Positions 17,350 through 25,535 of a stretch of 42,946 bases of DNA are shown here, piece after piece. The notes below the pieces were generated by a model. That model saw only the letters and a program-made list of their open reading frames with translations, was not told where the DNA came from and ran no database searches. Every line of letters begins with the position of its first letter. The first letter of the stretch is position 1. The position numbers and the translations under genes are program-made. Origin of the DNA: Gemmatimonadota bacterium (GTDB taxonomy: Bacteria; Gemmatimonadota; Gemmatimonadetes; Gemmatimonadales; Gemmatimonadaceae); assembly GCA_031372565.1 (NCBI GenBank), contig JANMLN010000028.1, positions 1 to 42,946 of the forward strand, written 5' to 3'.

Positions 17350-18956
17350 GGCACCACCTTGTTCACGGTCTTCGTGGAATCACGCAGCGTCGGATACTGG
17401 ATCCCCAGCTGCTCCAGATACGACTTGTACTTCTTGCTGTCGTAGTAGTACTTCTTCATTTCCGGCCGGTACTTGGCCATGATCTCGGCGTTCAGGTTAA
17501 TCGGCGGCATGTCGCTCGCCGCGATGAACGGCCTGTACTTGATGTCCTTGGTCTGGACGTCGTTGAAGTACGCCCACGCGTCCGCCACGATCTTCGGCTT
17601 GGCGATCAGGTCCAGCATCGTCAGCGCCTGCACCTTCGCCCCCGCAACCGCGCCCTTGTGCGCAATCGGCGTCGCCATCGCGATGCCATTCGCCCAGTTG
17701 TGGCCGGGCAGGTTCGGAATGTTCGACGGATAGCGCAGCGTGATCGTCGGCAGGTTCCACGCCACATCGCCGATGTCATCCGAGCCGCCGCCCATCCGGT
17801 TCTGCGACGGGCCGTCCAAGCGCCCCACGCCCGTGCGAAGCCCCGTGTCAGGCACCCCGAGCTCCTTCTGCAGCCCCTTGGCCATCTTCACGTCGGAGGC
17901 GTCCCACTTGGGAACGCCCACACTCTTGATGTTCTCGTACATCGCCTCGGCCACCGGCTTGCTGAAGTGGCCGCTCCACCCGGAGCCGAGCACCACGATT
18001 GTGTCGAGCTTGGTATCGGTCATCATGGCCGCGCCCGCTGCGATCCGCTTGCCGGCCTCGAACAGCGCCATCGTCTTGTCGTAGTCGAGGTGGCGGAAGT
18101 AGAACCAGATGCTCGCCGTGCTCGGCACCACGTTGGGCTGGTCACCGCCGTCCTTGATGACGTAGTGCGAGCGCTGCTGCAGCTCCAGATGCTCGCGCTT
18201 GAACTCCCAGCCGTTGGCCATGAGCATCACGGCGTCGAGGGCGCTCTTGCCGCGCCACGGCGCGCCGGCCGCGTGCGCGCTCTGTCCCTTGAAGCGGAAC
18301 TCGGCGCTCACCAACGCATTCTGCCCGCCCTGTCCCCAGCTCACCCCGAGGTCATCACCCACGTGCGTGAACAGCGTGACGTCCACGTCCTTGAACACGC
18401 CGGCGCGCACCAGAAACGCCTTGCCCGCCATTTGCTCCTCGGCCACGCCGGGCCAGAGCATCAGCGTCCCTTGCAGCTTCTCGCGCGTCATGATCTCCTT
18501 GACCACGAGCGCTGCGGCAATGTTGACGGCTTGGCCCGAGTTATGGCCTTCGCCGTGCCCCGGCGCGCCCACCACCTGCCAATCGCGGAACGCGACCGCC
18601 GGCTTCTGCCCTGACTGCGGAATGCCGTCGATGTCGGAGCCGAGCGAGATGACCGGCTTCCCGGTGCCCCAGCGCGCGGTCCAGGCGGTGGGCATGCCGG
18701 CCACGCCGCGCTCGATCTTGAACCCGTTCTGCTCGAGGATCCCGGTCAGGTACTTCGACGTCTCGAACTCCTGCATGCCGAGCTCGCCGAAGGAGTAGAC
18801 CTGATCGATGATCTCCTGGATCTGCTTGGCGCGGGCGTCCACCTTGGAGATCGCCTCGGCCTTGAGGGCGGCGAGGCGGGCCGAGTCCATGGGGGCCTGA
18901 GCGGGCAGGGTGGTCGCGCTCGTGGCTAGCGCGAAGGTCAACAACAAACGACGCAT
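17346..18956 (-). CDS. Secreted M20D amidohydrolase (AbgB-like), tandem paralogue 1
   Basis: Ordinary signal peptide MRRLLLTFALA, SD ggag, and the same catalytic motifs. Confidence 0.9.
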   Translation of the reverse strand: MRRLLLTFALATSATTLPAQAPMDSARLAALKAEAISKVDARAKQIQEIIDQVYSFGELGMQEFETSKYLTGILEQNGFKIERGVAGMPTAWTARWGTGKPVISLGSDIDGIPQSGQKPAVAFRDWQVVGAPGHGEGHNSGQAVNIAAALVVKEIMTREKLQGTLMLWPGVAEEQMAGKAFLVRAGVFKDVDVTLFTHVGDDLGVSWGQGGQNALVSAEFRFKGQSAHAAGAPWRGKSALDAVMLMANGWEFKREHLELQQRSHYVIKDGGDQPNVVPSTASIWFYFRHLDYDKTMALFEAGKRIAAGAAMMTDTKLDTIVVLGSGWSGHFSKPVAEAMYENIKSVGVPKWDASDVKMAKGLQKELGVPDTGLRTGVGRLDGPSQNRMGGGSDDIGDVAWNLPTITLRYPSNIPNLPGHNWANGIAMATPIAHKGAVAGAKVQALTMLDLIAKPKIVADAWAYFNDVQTKDIKYRPFIAASDMPPINLNAEIMAKYRPEMKKYYYDSKKYKSYLEQLGIQYPTLRDSTKTVNKVVP

Positions 18957-19055
18957 GGAAACTCCGAACAGGGGGGAGGAGGGGCGGACGCATCCGTGGG
19001 ACCGACACGCGGACTACGCAGCAGCAAGAATGGGGGTTGAAACAGCCGGCCGCCA

Positions 19056-19167
19056 TGTCGTCCTGAGCGAAGCGAAGGACCTGCTTTTCGCCCCCGAACC
19101 GCAAGCGAAGGACCTGCTTTTCTCCCCCGAACCGCAAAAGCAGGTCCTTCGCTTCGCTCAGGACGAC
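19056..19167. repeat. Intergenic inverted REP-like doublet (REPIN-like) with internal 33-bp duplication
   Basis: Forward copy at 19056-19086 and reverse copy at 19138-19167. A near-identical 33-bp unit is repeated at 19070 and 19103. Confidence 0.9.
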
Positions 19168-19247
19168 GGCGGGTGGTCTAGCCGCCCGCCAGCCACGGAC
19201 CTATCGTATGGAAGGCCCACTCCCCCCCTTCCGCACCCACCCGGCCC

Positions 19248-19730
19248 ATGGCGATCAAGCTCACGGTCAACGGCGCACCGCGCACCTACGACGGCGACCC
19301 GGCCCAGCCCCTCCTCTGGTATCTCCGCGACGAACTCGGCCTCACCGGCACCAAGTTCGGCTGCGGCATCGCGGCCTGCGGGGCGTGCACCCTCCACGTC
19401 AACGGAACCGCCGTCCAGTCGTGCGTCGTGCCGATGTCGGCGGCCGCCAACGGCAAGGTTACCACCATCGAGGGGCTCAGCGAAAAGGGCAATCACCCCG
19501 TGCAGCAGGCGTGGGCCGCTGCCAACGTGCCGCAGTGCGGCTACTGCCAGCCCGGCCAGATGATGGCCGCTGCGGCGCTCATCAAGAAGAAGGGGAAGCC
19601 CACCGAGGCCGATGTCGACGAAGCGATGTCGCTCGTCATCTGTCGCTGCGGCACCTACACGCGCATCCGCGAAGCGATCAAGGCCGCGGCCGGCATGACC
19701 CCGGCAGCCTCCACCACCGGAGGGCGCTGA
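19248..19730 (+). CDS. iorA: (2Fe-2S)-binding small subunit, isoquinoline 1-oxidoreductase alpha-like
   Basis: [29 protein letters not shown]. Confidence 0.88.
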   Translation: MAIKLTVNGAPRTYDGDPAQPLLWYLRDELGLTGTKFGCGIAACGACTLHVNGTAVQSCVVPMSAAANGKVTTIEGLSEKGNHPVQQAWAAANVPQCGYCQPGQMMAAAALIKKKGKPTEADVDEAMSLVICRCGTYTRIREAIKAAAGMTPAASTTGGR

Positions 19731-19732
19731 CC

Positions 19733-22009
19733 ATGGCCACCACCGAAAAGACCCTCCAGCGTCGCGACTTCCTTGGCAAGCTCGCGCAGACGGGCCTCGT
19801 CATCGCCATCGGCGCGAGCAGCGTGCGCCGCCTCGAAGCCGCTGACCGCCTCGAACGCGGCCTGCTCAACGCGCCCGACGGCGCGTGGGCGCCCGGCGTC
19901 TTCTTGCGCATCGCGGACGACGGCACGGTCACCATCATCTGTCATCGCTCCGAAATGGGGCAAGGCATCCGCACCGGCATGGCCATGGTCATCGCCGACG
20001 AGCTCGGCTGCGACTTCAAGGCCATCGTCCTCGAGCAGGCGCTCGGCAACGACAAGTACGGCAGCCAGAACACCGATGGCTCCACGTCCATGCGCAACGG
20101 CGCGTACGACACGATGCGGCAGGCTGGTGCTGTTGCCCGCACCTTGCTCGAAGACGCGGCCGCTGCAGAGTGGGGGGTCGCGGCAAGCACCGTGAGCACC
20201 AGGAACGGCATCGTCTCGCACACCGCGAGCGGTCGCTCGCTGCCGTTCGGCAAGCTGGTCGCGCGCGCACGCACCCTGCCGGTGCCGGCCAAGCCGCGGC
20301 TCAAGGACGAGTCGCAGTTCACGATGATCGGCAAGACGGTGCCGGGCATCGATCTCACCGACATGCTCACCGGCAAGGCGATCTACGGTCAGGACGCGAC
20401 GATGCCGGGGATGAAGATCGCCGTCATCCTGCATCCGCCCGTATACGGCTCCAAGGTTGCGTCGTTCGACGCCAGCGCGGCGCTCAAGATCAAGGGCGTC
20501 GAACAGGTCATCGAAGTCCCCGGCGCGCCGCCGCCATCCGGCTTCATGCCGCTCGGCGGACTCGCCGTGATCGCCAGCAGCACCTGGGCCGCCATCAAGG
20601 GACGCGAGGCGCTCAAGGTCACGTGGAGCGCGAGCCCCAACGACAAGTACGACTCAGCCGTGTATCGCACGGAGCTCGAGGGCGCGGTGCGCGCTGAGGG
20701 CAAGACGGTGCGCTCGCTCGGCGACGCGCCGGGGGCGCTGGCCAGCGCGGGCAAGAAGATCGAAGCCGAGTACTATGCGCCACACATTGCGCACGCGCCC
20801 ATGGAGCCGCCCGCTGCGGTGGCGAGCGTGACCGGCGACACGTGCGAAGTGTGGACCTGCACGCAGAACCCGCAGGCTGCACGCGATACCGTTGCGGGCT
20901 TTCTGAAGCTCAAGCCCGAGAATGTGGCCGTGCATGTGACGCTGCTGGGCGGCGCGTTCGGGCGGAAGTCGAAGCCCGACTACGTGGCCGAGGCGGCGTT
21001 CCTGTCGCAGAAGATCGGCAAGCCGGTCAAGGTGGTCTGGACGCGCGAGGATGACCTGGGCGTCGGGTACCCGCACACCGTGAGCATGCAGCGGATCGAG
21101 GCCGCCATGGATGCGAGCGGCAAGATCACCGCGTGGCGTCATCGCATCGCGTCGCCGCCCATTCCGTCGGTGTTTGCACCGGGGCAGGACTATCACTCCG
21201 AGGGCGAACTCGCGCTTGGCGTCCTCGACATGCCCTATGAAATCCCGAATGTGCGCGTCGAGGCAGGCAAGGCACCTGCCCATGTGCGCATCGGCTGGTT
21301 CCGCTCGGTGAGCAATGTGCCGCAGGCGTTTGCCGTGAGCTCGTTCATGGACGAACTGGCGCATGCGGCGGGCAAGGACCCACTCGAGTTCCTTATGCAG
21401 TCGCTGGGGTCCGATCGCATCATCGACATGACCAAGACCGGCTCACTCAAGCCCGTGGACAACTACGGCGCCAAGTGGGAGGATCACCCCAACGACACTG
21501 CGCGCCACAAGCGCGTGCTGCAGGCGGTCGCGCGCGAGGCGGGGTGGGGCCGGAAGCTGCCCAAGGGCGAAGGGATGGGCATCGCCGTGCATCGCAGCTT
21601 TCTCACCTATGTGGCGAGCGTCGTGCATGTGAAGGTGGGGCCCAAGGGCAAGATCACCATCCCGCGCGTGGACATCGCCATGGACTGCGGCTACGCCGTC
21701 CACCCGGAACGCGTCCGCTCGCAGTGCGAAGGGGCGGTGATCATGTCGATCTCCAACGCGATGACGAGCGAGCTGAGCTTCAAGGCGGGCAAGGCCGTGC
21801 AAACCAACTTGAACGCGTACAAGGTGGTGCGCATGGCGCAGGCGCCGCGCGAGATCAAGGTGCACCTCGTGAACAGCGGTGGCCCGATGGGCGGTGTGGG
21901 TGAGCCCGGCGTGCCGCCGGTGGCACCGGCACTGGCGAACGCAATCTTCGCCGCCACGGGCAAGCGCCTCCGCACGCTGCCGATCGGCGATCAGCTCGCC
22001 AAGGCATAG
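19733..22009 (+). CDS. iorB: Molybdopterin-binding large subunit, isoquinoline 1-oxidoreductase beta-like (Tat-exported)
   Basis: QRRDFL Tat motif, SEMGQG, HAPMEP, GGAFGRK, GGVGEPG.PP.APALANAIF.ATGKRLR.LP. Confidence 0.88.
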   Translation: MATTEKTLQRRDFLGKLAQTGLVIAIGASSVRRLEAADRLERGLLNAPDGAWAPGVFLRIADDGTVTIICHRSEMGQGIRTGMAMVIADELGCDFKAIVLEQALGNDKYGSQNTDGSTSMRNGAYDTMRQAGAVARTLLEDAAAAEWGVAASTVSTRNGIVSHTASGRSLPFGKLVARARTLPVPAKPRLKDESQFTMIGKTVPGIDLTDMLTGKAIYGQDATMPGMKIAVILHPPVYGSKVASFDASAALKIKGVEQVIEVPGAPPPSGFMPLGGLAVIASSTWAAIKGREALKVTWSASPNDKYDSAVYRTELEGAVRAEGKTVRSLGDAPGALASAGKKIEAEYYAPHIAHAPMEPPAAVASVTGDTCEVWTCTQNPQAARDTVAGFLKLKPENVAVHVTLLGGAFGRKSKPDYVAEAAFLSQKIGKPVKVVWTREDDLGVGYPHTVSMQRIEAAMDASGKITAWRHRIASPPIPSVFAPGQDYHSEGELALGVLDMPYEIPNVRVEAGKAPAHVRIGWFRSVSNVPQAFAVSSFMDELAHAAGKDPLEFLMQSLGSDRIIDMTKTGSLKPVDNYGAKWEDHPNDTARHKRVLQAVAREAGWGRKLPKGEGMGIAVHRSFLTYVASVVHVKVGPKGKITIPRVDIAMDCGYAVHPERVRSQCEGAVIMSISNAMTSELSFKAGKAVQTNLNAYKVVRMAQAPREIKVHLVNSGGPMGGVGEPGVPPVAPALANAIFAATGKRLRTLPIGDQLAKA

Positions 22010-22012
22010 CGC

Positions 22013-22897
22013 GTGAAGCACGACGAGAACTACGAATCGAGCGACGTCGAAGACCGCCGGGGCGAATCCGGCGGTGGCGGCGGGCGCGGATTCCGCCTGC
22101 CCGGCGGTCGCCTTGGCCTCGGCGGCTTTGCCATTCTCATCGTGCTCTCGCTGGTCTTCAAGACTGATCTCATCACCCCCGCGCTCGGCGGTGGCGGCGG
22201 TGGTGCACCGGCGGTGCAGGCGCCGGTTGTCGGGAGTGATGGGCGCGTGTCCGAGAGCGCGAACGAGAAGTCGGCGCGTCACCTGGCCGCGTTCGTGCTC
22301 GATGATGCGCAGCAGGTCTGGACCAGGCTGCTCGAGGCGGACGGCAAGACGTACGCGCGCGCCAAGCTCGTCCTCTTTCGTGGCGGAGTGCAGTCCGGCT
22401 GTGGCGATGCGTCGAGCGCCATGGGCCCGTTCTACTGCCCGGCCGACCGGCGCGTGTACATCGACCTGGGGTTCTACGACGAACTCTCGCGTCGCTTCGG
22501 CGCGCCCGGCGACTTCGCCCAGGCCTACGTGCTCACGCACGAGATCGGCCATCACATCCAGAACCTGCTCGGCACCGAGCGCACGGTACGGCGCCTGCAA
22601 CAGGGCAACGCCGCGCAGAAGAATGCGCTGAGTGTGGCCATGGAGCTGCAGGCCGATTGCTATGCGGGCGTGTGGGCCAAGACGACCGAGCAGCGCCGGC
22701 TGCTCGAGTCGGGCGATGTGGACGAAGCGCTCAAGGCCGCGAGTGCCGTGGGCGATGACCGACTGCAGCAGCAAGCGACCGGGGACATTCGCCCCGAGTC
22801 GTTCACGCATGGATCGAGCGCGCAGCGAGCGATGTGGTTCAAGCGCGGCATGACCGAAGGTGACCCTCGCGCATGCGACACCTTCAGTCAGCGGTAA
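22013..22897 (+). CDS. ypfJ: Neutral zinc metallopeptidase (YpfJ family)
   Basis: S.DVEDRR, GPFYCPAD, GDFAQAYVLTHEIGHHIQ, ELQADC, FTHGSS.QR. Confidence 0.88.
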   Translation: MKHDENYESSDVEDRRGESGGGGGRGFRLPGGRLGLGGFAILIVLSLVFKTDLITPALGGGGGGAPAVQAPVVGSDGRVSESANEKSARHLAAFVLDDAQQVWTRLLEADGKTYARAKLVLFRGGVQSGCGDASSAMGPFYCPADRRVYIDLGFYDELSRRFGAPGDFAQAYVLTHEIGHHIQNLLGTERTVRRLQQGNAAQKNALSVAMELQADCYAGVWAKTTEQRRLLESGDVDEALKAASAVGDDRLQQQATGDIRPESFTHGSSAQRAMWFKRGMTEGDPRACDTFSQR

Positions 22898-22919
22898 CAC
22901 TCCTACAGAGGGCAGGGCG

Positions 22920-25133
22920 ATGACGGCAACGGCACCGACCCCGGCGGACACGCTCGCACCCGTGTCCCATGCGCGCGACACGGTCAAGCACGCGCATGCG
23001 TGTCCGCTCTGCGAGGCCATGTGCGGGCTCGTGATCGAGACCGACGGCCCCACCGTCGTGAGCATCCGCGGCGACGACGAGGATCCGTTCAGCCGCGGCC
23101 ACATCTGTCCCAAGGCGGTCGCGCTCAAGGACCTGCACGAGGACCCGGACCGGCTGCGCCGTCCGATGAAGAAGGTGCACGGCAAGTGGGAGCCGGTGAG
23201 CTGGAAGGAGGCGCTGGACTTTGCGGCCGAGGGGCTGCGAAGTGTACAGAAGCTGCACGGGCCCGATGCGGTGGCGACGTTCGCGGGGAACCCGACGGTG
23301 CACTCGGTGGGCGCGTCGTTCTTCCTGCCAATGTTGCTGCGCGCGCTCAAGACCAAGAGCCGCTTCAGCGCCACGAGCGTGGACCAGCTGCCGCATCACG
23401 TGGCCGCGGCCACGATGTTCGGGCATCCGCTGCTGATCCCGATTCCGGACATTGACCGCACGCAGCACTTCGTGATCATCGGCGGAAACCCGATGGCGAG
23501 CAACGGCTCGCTGATGACGGCGCCGGACGTGGGCAAGCGGCTCAAGGCCATCCGCGCGCGCGGTGGCAAGGTGATCGTGATCGACCCGCGCCGCACGGAG
23601 ACCGCATTAGTAGCGGATGAACACCATTTCATCCGCCCCGGCGCGGACGTGTTCCTGCTGCTGGCGATGCTGCACGTGATCATCAAGGAAGGGTTGGACC
23701 GCCCCTCACGTGCGCGCGAGCTCGCGGACGAGTACGACGAACTCTGGGCCGCCTGCAAGTCGTACACGCCAGAGCGCGTGGCCACAGCCACGGGGATGAA
23801 GCCCGGCGTCATCACCGCAATCGCGCGCGACTACGCCAACGCGCCGAGTGCGGCGCTGTACGGGCGCGTGGGGGTGAGCATGCAGGAGTACGGGGCAGTG
23901 TCGCTCTGGCTCATCACCGCGCTCAACCTCGTGACCGGCCGCCTGGACGAACCGGGCGGCGTGATGTTCACGAAGCCGGCGATTGATCCGGTGGGCGGCA
24001 AGGGGGGCTACTCGCCCGACAAGATCGGCCGCTGGAAGACGCGCGTGCGCGGGCTGCCCGAGTACATGGGCGAGTTCCCCGTGGCGGCGTTGGCCGAGGA
24101 GATGGAGACGGACGGCGCGGGGCAGATCCGCGCGCTGGTGACGCACGCGGGGAACCCCGTGCTGAGCACGCCCAACGGCGGTCGGCTGGACCGTGCCCTC
24201 GAGGGGCTCGAGTTCATGGTGTCGATTGATTTCTACATCAACGAGACCACGCGCCACGCCGACATCATCCTGCCGCCGGTGGGCCCGCTGGAGCGGGACC
24301 ATTACGACATCGTGTTCCACGCGCTCGCCGTGCGCAACACGGCCAAGTACGCGGCGCCGCTGTTCGACCCGCCCGCGGGGACGATGCCCGACTGGAAGAT
24401 CCTGAGCGAGCTGACGGAGCGGATGCAGCCCGGCTGGAACTGGGGCGCGATCAAGAGCCGGTTGACGACGCGCGCGATCCGCCGACTCGGCGTTCGCGGC
24501 TTGTTGGATCGTGAGCTGGCGAAGGGTCCTTACGCGCAGGCGGTCCCCGGTGGTGGCGAGGGGCTCACGGTCGCGTCACTGGAGAAGCGTCCGCACGGCG
24601 TGGACCTGGGCGCGATGGTGCCGATGCTGCCCGACCGGCTCCGCACGAAGACCGGGCGCATTCACGCGGCGCCGCGCGCGCTGCTGGCGGATCTGCCGCG
24701 CGTGGCGCACGGTCTCGAGGTGGCGAGCGAGAAGCACGAAGGCGTGCTGATGCTGATCGGCCGCCGCGAGCTCCGCAGCAACAACAGCTGGATGCACAAC
24801 AGCGAGCGGCTGGTGAAGGGGAAGCCGCGGTGCACGCTGCTCATGCACCCCGATGACGCCGCGCATCGCCACCTGGTGGACGGTCAGATGGCGTTGATCA
24901 TCTCACGCGTCGGCGCGGTGGAGACGCCGGTGGAGGTGAGTGATGCGGTGATGCCGGGGGTGGTGAGTTTGCCGCATGGGTGGGGGCATGGGAGAGCCGG
25001 GGTTCGGCTCAAGACTGCTGTCGCGAACGCCGGCGTTAGCATCAATGACCTTACCGATGACGAGCGGGTGGACAAGCTCGTGGGGACGGCGGGGTTTAGT
25101 GGGACGCGGGTGACGGTGGAGCGGGTGGGGTAG
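22920..25133 (+). CDS. bis-MGD molybdopterin oxidoreductase (DMSO reductase/MopB superfamily) with N-terminal 4Fe-4S
   Basis: CPLCEAMC...CPK, IDPRRTETA, HADIILP, NNSWMHN, PGVVSLPHGWGH. Confidence 0.88.
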   Translation: MTATAPTPADTLAPVSHARDTVKHAHACPLCEAMCGLVIETDGPTVVSIRGDDEDPFSRGHICPKAVALKDLHEDPDRLRRPMKKVHGKWEPVSWKEALDFAAEGLRSVQKLHGPDAVATFAGNPTVHSVGASFFLPMLLRALKTKSRFSATSVDQLPHHVAAATMFGHPLLIPIPDIDRTQHFVIIGGNPMASNGSLMTAPDVGKRLKAIRARGGKVIVIDPRRTETALVADEHHFIRPGADVFLLLAMLHVIIKEGLDRPSRARELADEYDELWAACKSYTPERVATATGMKPGVITAIARDYANAPSAALYGRVGVSMQEYGAVSLWLITALNLVTGRLDEPGGVMFTKPAIDPVGGKGGYSPDKIGRWKTRVRGLPEYMGEFPVAALAEEMETDGAGQIRALVTHAGNPVLSTPNGGRLDRALEGLEFMVSIDFYINETTRHADIILPPVGPLERDHYDIVFHALAVRNTAKYAAPLFDPPAGTMPDWKILSELTERMQPGWNWGAIKSRLTTRAIRRLGVRGLLDRELAKGPYAQAVPGGGEGLTVASLEKRPHGVDLGAMVPMLPDRLRTKTGRIHAAPRALLADLPRVAHGLEVASEKHEGVLMLIGRRELRSNNSWMHNSERLVKGKPRCTLLMHPDDAAHRHLVDGQMALIISRVGAVETPVEVSDAVMPGVVSLPHGWGHGRAGVRLKTAVANAGVSINDLTDDERVDKLVGTAGFSGTRVTVERVG

Positions 25134-25152
25134 GCGCAATTGAGCGATCAAC

Positions 25153-25168
25153 TAGGTCAAATGACCTA
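25153..25168. promoter_or_regulatory. Inverted repeat TAGGTCA-AA-TGACCTA at the left island edge
   Basis: Perfect 7-bp arms. Function unknown (operator or recombination scar). Confidence 0.3.
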
Positions 25169-25274
25169 TCCGACAGCGGAGCACCTCTTACGAAGAAGAC
25201 AAGCTGATGCAACCTTCACTTCGGAACTCGACCACACGAAAGAAAGATCTATCACCACGGACGGAGCGAACCCG

Positions 25275-25520
25275 ATGGCGCGCGTCGATAGCCTGACTAC
25301 TCTAAAGATCTCCGGAACCGCGCGCCACACAACCGTTCAAGCTACCTGCTCTCTGGTGCTTGAGGACGACGGGACAAAGTGCCTCCAAATCGACACTTAC
25401 GGTTCAGCAAATCGGCAGGAGGTCGGAAAGAAAAGCCAATCCATCCGCCTTACTCCCACGGCGCTCCGACAGCTCGTCAAGCTGGCCGAGCAGTATCGTC
25501 TGCTAGACAGCACGAAGTGA
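25275..25520 (+). CDS. Small hypothetical protein (81 aa, QIDTYGS...GKKSQSI motif)
   Basis: ATG with GGAG upstream. Compact beta-strand-rich sequence with a C-terminal helix. Convergent with the methyltransferase. Confidence 0.7.
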   Translation: MARVDSLTTLKISGTARHTTVQATCSLVLEDDGTKCLQIDTYGSANRQEVGKKSQSIRLTPTALRQLVKLAEQYRLLDSTK

Positions 25521-25535
25521 TCATCCAGGAAGCAC

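Noticed and set aside
10771..19167. CRISPR array interpretation of the ~30-bp repeats
   Set aside because: Copies are dispersed, in both orientations, with no regular unique spacers and no cas genes.
19208..19732. 933-aa version of the molybdopterin subunit
   Set aside because: The extension overlaps the 2Fe-2S gene out of frame. The Tat signal and SD place the start at 19733.
13917..24413. Short matches to the repeat core inside genes (tcctgagcga near 11181, 13918 and 24400)
   Set aside because: Only 11-15 nt, lacking the second stem arm, and explained by common Leu-Ser-Glu/Asp codons or chance.
25140..25274. 126-aa extended version of the small island ORF
   Set aside because: The TTG start lacks an RBS, whereas ATG 25275 has GGAG at suitable spacing.
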